64,000 bases of DNA, from NCBI GenBank assembly GCA_037968875.1, contig JBBKWI010000085.1, positions 1,072 through 65,071 on the forward strand, given 5' to 3'. The stretch's first letter is position 1; every line of letters begins with the position of its first letter. The stretch comes from Candidatus Sericytochromatia bacterium (GTDB lineage: Bacteria; Cyanobacteriota; Sericytochromatia; UBA7694). Both the position numbers and the translations under genes were made by a program. Shown here in pieces: positions 59,898 through 64,000 of this stretch. Below the pieces are notes generated by a model. It worked only from the letters and a program-made list of their open reading frames with translations. It was not told where the DNA came from and did not search any database.

Positions 59898-61538
59898 ATG
59901 AAGGCATCTGATTTATTTATAAAAGCACTAGAAAACGAAGGCGTTGAGTATATCTTTGGTATTCCGGGTGAAGAGAATCTGGATTTTTTGGATTCATTAA
60001 AGAATTCCTCAATCAAACTGATTTTGACTCGCCATGAGCAGGGAGCCGGTTTTATGGCTGCAACTTATGGTCGCTTAACAGGCAAAGTAGGTGTTTGTCT
60101 TTCAACCTTAGGCCCGGGTGCAACAAATTTAGTCACTCCAGCAGCTTATGCCAATTTAGGGGCCATGCCCATGCTGATGATCACAGGCCAAAAGCCCATT
60201 AAGAAAAGCAAACAAGGACGTTTTCAAATCATCGATACGGTCAATATGATGCGCCCACTCACCAAATACAGCGAGCAGATCGTGAATGGAAACAATATTC
60301 CTGCGATGACCCGAGAGGCGATACGACTGGCAATAGAAGAGCGTCCCGGAGCCGTACATTTAGAGCTTCCTGAAGATATCGCAGCAGAAGCCTGTGAGGA
60401 TCGTGTCTTTGCAGTGGTGGGACATCGTCGACCCGATGCCGATGAACAAGCCATATTAGAAGCTGTCGCCATGATTGAAAAAGCCAAGATGCCGCTGATT
60501 TTAATTGGAGCAGGTGCCAATCGAAAACCCACCAGCAAGGCATTGAATAAACTGATTGAAAAAACCAATATTCCTTTTTTCAATACCCAATTGGGCAAAG
60601 GGGTTGTAGATGAAAGACACCCTCGATTTTTAGGGACAGCAGCCTTATCAGACCATGATTTTCTTCATTGCGCTGTCAATAGAGCCGATCTGATCATTAA
60701 CGTGGGTCACGATGTCATCGAAAAACCGCCCTTTTTTATGGACCAAATCAAAAAAGTCATTCATCTGAACTTTTTCCCTGCTGAGGTTGATGAAGTCTAT
60801 TTCCCTCAGCTCAACGTGGTCGGAGATATCGCGACCTCACTTGAACATATTGCCGATCATATCAAAGAAAAATCTGAAAATTGGGATTTCTCCTATTTTG
60901 AACGGATTAAAACAGAAGTCGAATCCCATTTATCAAAATACGAAAAGGATCAGCGTTTTCCGATACTGCCTCAAAGACTGGTTAAAATAGTGAGAGAGCA
61001 TTTGCCAGAAGATGGCATTGTGACTCTGGATAATGGTGTGTATAAAATTTGGTTTGCTCGAAATTTCCCATCTTATCAACCCAATACCCTTTTATTGGAC
61101 AATGCCCTGGCAACGATGGGGGCTGGACTACCATCAGCTATCGCCGCAAAAATAGTTTTCCCAGAACGCAAAGTTATCTCTGTTTGCGGAGACGGTGGGT
61201 TTATGATGAATTCCCAGGAACTAGAAACAGCCGTTCGTTTGGGCTTGGATTTGGTCGTCATTGTTTTAAATGACCGTTCATATGGCATGATCAAATGGAA
61301 GCAAGAAGCCATGGGCTTTGCTAATTTCGGATTAGAATATCAAAACCCTGATTTTGTTAAATATGCTGAAAGTTATGGGGCCGTCGGGCATCGCCCCCAA
61401 AGCACCCAGGAATTCACTCAAATTTTAGATCAAACGCTTAATGCTAAAGGGATTCACTTGATTGATTTAGCAGTGGATTACAGCCTGAATCATCGTATTT
61501 TAAATGTCTTACTTAAAGAAAAAACCTGTGTTTTATAA
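59898..61538 (+). CDS. Thiamine-pyrophosphate enzyme, acetolactate-synthase (catabolic AlsS)-like
   Basis: ORF of 546 aa with the TPP-binding 'GDGGFMMNSQELETA' and ALS-family N- and middle domains. Confidence 0.75.
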   Translation: MKASDLFIKALENEGVEYIFGIPGEENLDFLDSLKNSSIKLILTRHEQGAGFMAATYGRLTGKVGVCLSTLGPGATNLVTPAAYANLGAMPMLMITGQKPIKKSKQGRFQIIDTVNMMRPLTKYSEQIVNGNNIPAMTREAIRLAIEERPGAVHLELPEDIAAEACEDRVFAVVGHRRPDADEQAILEAVAMIEKAKMPLILIGAGANRKPTSKALNKLIEKTNIPFFNTQLGKGVVDERHPRFLGTAALSDHDFLHCAVNRADLIINVGHDVIEKPPFFMDQIKKVIHLNFFPAEVDEVYFPQLNVVGDIATSLEHIADHIKEKSENWDFSYFERIKTEVESHLSKYEKDQRFPILPQRLVKIVREHLPEDGIVTLDNGVYKIWFARNFPSYQPNTLLLDNALATMGAGLPSAIAAKIVFPERKVISVCGDGGFMMNSQELETAVRLGLDLVVIVLNDRSYGMIKWKQEAMGFANFGLEYQNPDFVKYAESYGAVGHRPQSTQEFTQILDQTLNAKGIHLIDLAVDYSLNHRILNVLLKEKTCVL

Positions 61539-61559
61539 AAACTGAAAGCGGTTCAAACA

Positions 61560-62951
61560 ATGAAAACATTAAATGTATACGCACCCCATGATCAAAGTCT
61601 GATTCAAGAGATTGCTCTGATGGGAGCAGCTGAATTAGAACATATGATTAACAAAGCCCATCAGCTATTTCAAAACCCTGATCAAGCCTTGCCTGCTTAT
61701 GAACGGGTCGATATTTTGGAAAGAGTGGTTCATATTATGAATCAACAAGTCGAACGCCTAACCAAAATAGCCGCAGAAGAAGGGGGGAAACCTTATCAAG
61801 ACTCAAAAGTAGAGGTCCTGAGAGCGATCAATGGGGTGAAATTGGCGATTGAACATATCAGCCAGTTAAAAGGGGAACAAATCCCAATGGGGCACACTCG
61901 CTCTTCAGCTCAACGCCTGGCTTTTACAACCAGAGAACCGATTGGATTGGTCGCCTCTGTTAGCGCTTTTAATCATCCTTTGAATCTGATTATTCATCAA
62001 ACCATACCTGCGATTGCTGTTGGTTCGCCCGTGATTGTGAAACCGGCTGGGACAACCCCGCTTTCTTGCCTGGCTTTCATGGATATATTAAAAGAAGCCG
62101 GCTTGCCTGAAGGGTGGTGTAGCGCCTTTATTGGCAATCGAGAATTGGCTGAGAAATTAGTCACAGATTCTCGGGTGAACTATTTCTCTTTTATTGGCTC
62201 AGGGGGTGTGGGCTGGTCTTTACGTTCAAAACTCTCTCCAGGGACTCGCTGTGCTCTTGAACATGGCGGGGTTGCACCGGTCATTGTAGAGCCTGATGCA
62301 GATATAGAAAGCATGTTGCCGGCTTTACTTAAGGGCGGCTTTTATCATGCGGGTCAGGTCTGTGTCTCTGTGCAACGTATTTATGTACACCAAAAAATTT
62401 GTACACAAGTGGCCCAACAATTGGCCGAAATGGCAGAAAAACTAGTCGTTGGAAACCCTCTGAACGAAGATACAGAAGTGGGACCCTTAATTCTACCCAA
62501 AGAAGTAGACCGGGTCGAAAGCTGGGTCAATGAGGCTATCGAATTGGGTGCGACTGTATTGTGTGGTGGCAAACGTTTGTCTGATACTTACTATGCACCC
62601 ACAGTGCTGCTGAATCCACCTGATACGGCCAAAATTTCTAGCCAAGAAGTTTTTGGCCCCGTCGTTTGTGTTTATAGTTATGCTGACAGAGCTGAAGCCA
62701 TCAAAAGAGCCAATGCTTTACCTTATGCTTTTCAAGCCGCTATTTTCACCAATGATCTCAATGTGAGTTTGGAACTGGTTAAGCAACTCAATGCCACAGC
62801 AGTGATGGTGAATGACCATACTGCCTTCAGAGTCGATTGGATGCCTTTTGGGGGTCGAGATGTTTCAGGTATTGGTATGGGCGGCATTCCCTATTCTATG
62901 CATGAAATGACCCGCACAAAAATGATGGTGATTAAGTATAAAAATGGATAG
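61560..62951 (+). CDS. NAD(P)-dependent aldehyde dehydrogenase
   Basis: ORF of 463 aa with 'ALEHGG' (the catalytic Glu region), 'FYHAGQVCVSVQR' (the catalytic Cys) and 'FIGSGGVG'. Confidence 0.8.
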   Translation: MKTLNVYAPHDQSLIQEIALMGAAELEHMINKAHQLFQNPDQALPAYERVDILERVVHIMNQQVERLTKIAAEEGGKPYQDSKVEVLRAINGVKLAIEHISQLKGEQIPMGHTRSSAQRLAFTTREPIGLVASVSAFNHPLNLIIHQTIPAIAVGSPVIVKPAGTTPLSCLAFMDILKEAGLPEGWCSAFIGNRELAEKLVTDSRVNYFSFIGSGGVGWSLRSKLSPGTRCALEHGGVAPVIVEPDADIESMLPALLKGGFYHAGQVCVSVQRIYVHQKICTQVAQQLAEMAEKLVVGNPLNEDTEVGPLILPKEVDRVESWVNEAIELGATVLCGGKRLSDTYYAPTVLLNPPDTAKISSQEVFGPVVCVYSYADRAEAIKRANALPYAFQAAIFTNDLNVSLELVKQLNATAVMVNDHTAFRVDWMPFGGRDVSGIGMGGIPYSMHEMTRTKMMVIKYKNG

Positions 62952-62968
62952 GGATTTGCGTCAAGGTC

Positions 62969-63427
62969 TTAGTCAGTTTTAGATTTTGGCTCTTTTAATA
63001 CCCATAAAGTATCAAAATCTCTGAGTAAAAAGAGTGAGATGCAAGCGGCAAGCATAGGCCAGGCAGCAAAAAACAAGAGGCTTTTCCAGGGATTTAAGTA
63101 TTGCTTATAAGAACTAAAGGTAGATACACTATGCATCAATAAGATAAGTCCATAAGTATATTTTTTCTTAAATCCAATAACAAAGGCAAAAACCACAGCC
63201 AATTGAAGTGAGGCAATAAGGGACAGAACTTGTGAACTCATATCAGGAAGCGCATAAAAGTTTTTAAAAATCATTGTGGCATGATTGGGATTGATCAATT
63301 TATCCAAACTCCACATAAGCATGACCAAAAATATGCTCAACCGCAATAGAGTTAAGGAAATAGCCAGTTTTTCTTTAAGACTTTTAATTTCAAAATCCTG
63401 CATTTGAGAAGCTGCCTTCAGTTTCAA
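62969..63427 (-). CDS. Small membrane protein (4 transmembrane segments)
   Basis: ORF of 152 aa. It lies downstream of the 63512 dyad. Confidence 0.4.
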   Translation of the reverse strand: MKLKAASQMQDFEIKSLKEKLAISLTLLRLSIFLVMLMWSLDKLINPNHATMIFKNFYALPDMSSQVLSLIASLQLAVVFAFVIGFKKKYTYGLILLMHSVSTFSSYKQYLNPWKSLLFFAAWPMLAACISLFLLRDFDTLWVLKEPKSKTD

Positions 63428-63511
63428 TAAAATTCGTCACTTTTAGATGGACACTAAATTTTAGAGCAAATATACTCTTATAAAAGGTTAACATACGAAA
63501 ATAAATAGAGC

Positions 63512-63527
63512 TGTCATCTACCTGACA
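63512..63527. promoter_or_regulatory. Candidate Crp/Fnr-family operator: TGTCA-TCTACC-TGACA (perfect dyad)
   Basis: The site lies about 85–92 bp upstream of the membrane-protein start at 63427 and about 80 bp past the regulator stop. Confidence 0.5.
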
Positions 63528-63602
63528 TTTTTTCGTCCATACATGCTTAGATTGAGCAGAGTCAAACGAACACAAAATAGAGCTATTTTATAGCATGTGG
63601 GT

Positions 63603-64000
63603 CTAGCTTAAAAGCGAACTGACGGGACTCAACCAGATGATTTTTCGTTTTTGCATGCGAATCTTGCCCTGGTCTTGCAGGCGCTTGAGCAAATCCGTGA
63701 CCGTGGGCCGGGCCAGGTTGGTCAACTCGCCCAGATCCTGATGGGTCAGGGGTAAATTGATCAGCGTACCGTCTGGCAAGGATTCACCGTGCTCTTTGCT
63801 GAGGTATTTTAAGACACTTTCAATCCGCTGCTCAGCAGTTTTAAAGACCAGATCCTGCACGCGGCTTGTGACCTGGCGCAGGCGTAAACCCATTAGCTTG
63901 GTGACTTTGAGATTGAGTTGGGGGTGACTTTCTAAAAAGGATTCAAAGTCATTTTTATGTACGATGCAGAGCAAGGTTTCTTCCAGGGCTTCAGCCATGC
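63603..64000 (-). CDS. Crp/Fnr-family transcriptional regulator (3' part; the gene continues beyond the window end)
   Basis: It shows cNMP-binding-like and HTH_Crp C-terminal regions ('THQDLGELTNLARPTVTDLLKRL'). The N-terminus lies outside the window. Confidence 0.65.
   Translation of the reverse strand, partial: MAEALEETLLCIVHKNDFESFLESHPQLNLKVTKLMGLRLRQVTSRVQDLVFKTAEQRIESVLKYLSKEHGESLPDGTLINLPLTHQDLGELTNLARPTVTDLLKRLQDQGKIRMQKRKIIWLSPVSSLLS

Noticed and set aside
51071-63527. The TGTCA-N6-TGACA copies as a dispersed repeat or miniature mobile element
   Set aside because: Only the 5-bp arms are conserved. Every spacer differs and there is no shared flanking sequence. That is the behaviour of a transcription-factor operator, not a repeat family.
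1-64000. Possible CRISPR arrays, tRNA or rRNA genes, and transposase, integrase or prophage genes
   Set aside because: I found no regularly spaced direct repeats and no cloverleaf-like conserved tRNA sequences in any intergenic gap. No ORF resembles a transposase, integrase or phage structural protein. Gene content is housekeeping and metabolic.

Overview
This 64-kb window looks like a chromosomal segment from a Gram-negative bacterium (about 50% GC) rather than a mobile element. It is densely coding on both strands, with about 64 supportable CDSs. I found no tRNA or rRNA genes, no CRISPR array, and no transposase or integrase genes. Recognisable housekeeping genes include lpxC-fabZ-lpxA, pfkA, msrB, miaB, a cyclophilin, rnhB, a parC/gyrA-like topoisomerase subunit, arginase and a deoxynucleoside kinase. 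An ArsA/Get3-like ATPase, a B12-binding radical-SAM protein with a DUF4080-like tail, a c6-like cytochrome and an RqcH homolog hint at the cyanobacterial/Melainabacteria lineage; this is inference only and cannot be shown without a database search. Two regions stand out. (1) The last ~13 kb (51–64 kb) carry six copies of the dyad TGTCA-N6-TGACA, four perfect and two with one mismatch, and every copy lies in an intergenic or promoter region. The spacers all differ, so this is not a repeat element. It is the spacing expected for a Crp/Fnr-family binding site. A Crp/Fnr-family regulator gene lies at the window edge (63603–64000), and a decayed 3' fragment of a paralog of it sits next to the first site at ~51.1 kb. 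The genes downstream of these sites form a redox island: a Rieske–GltS-like fusion operon; an FAD disulfide reductase, glutaredoxin-like and peroxiredoxin electron chain; a Met-rich secreted protein with cytochrome c and a membrane protein; a DUF4344 peptidase; an ALS-like/ALDH pair; and DUF3179. This is my main candidate for an undescribed regulon or system. (2) Two smaller candidate modules: a translationally coupled operon of a B12-radical-SAM protein, a 2OG-oxygenase-like protein and a lipoprotein (27.1–30.5 kb); and an operon of an FHA protein, a tandem HD-GYP protein and a disordered protein (16.9–19.6 kb), with a second GAF–HD-GYP gene at 4.4–6.3 kb. All coordinates were read by eye and could be 1–2 nt off.
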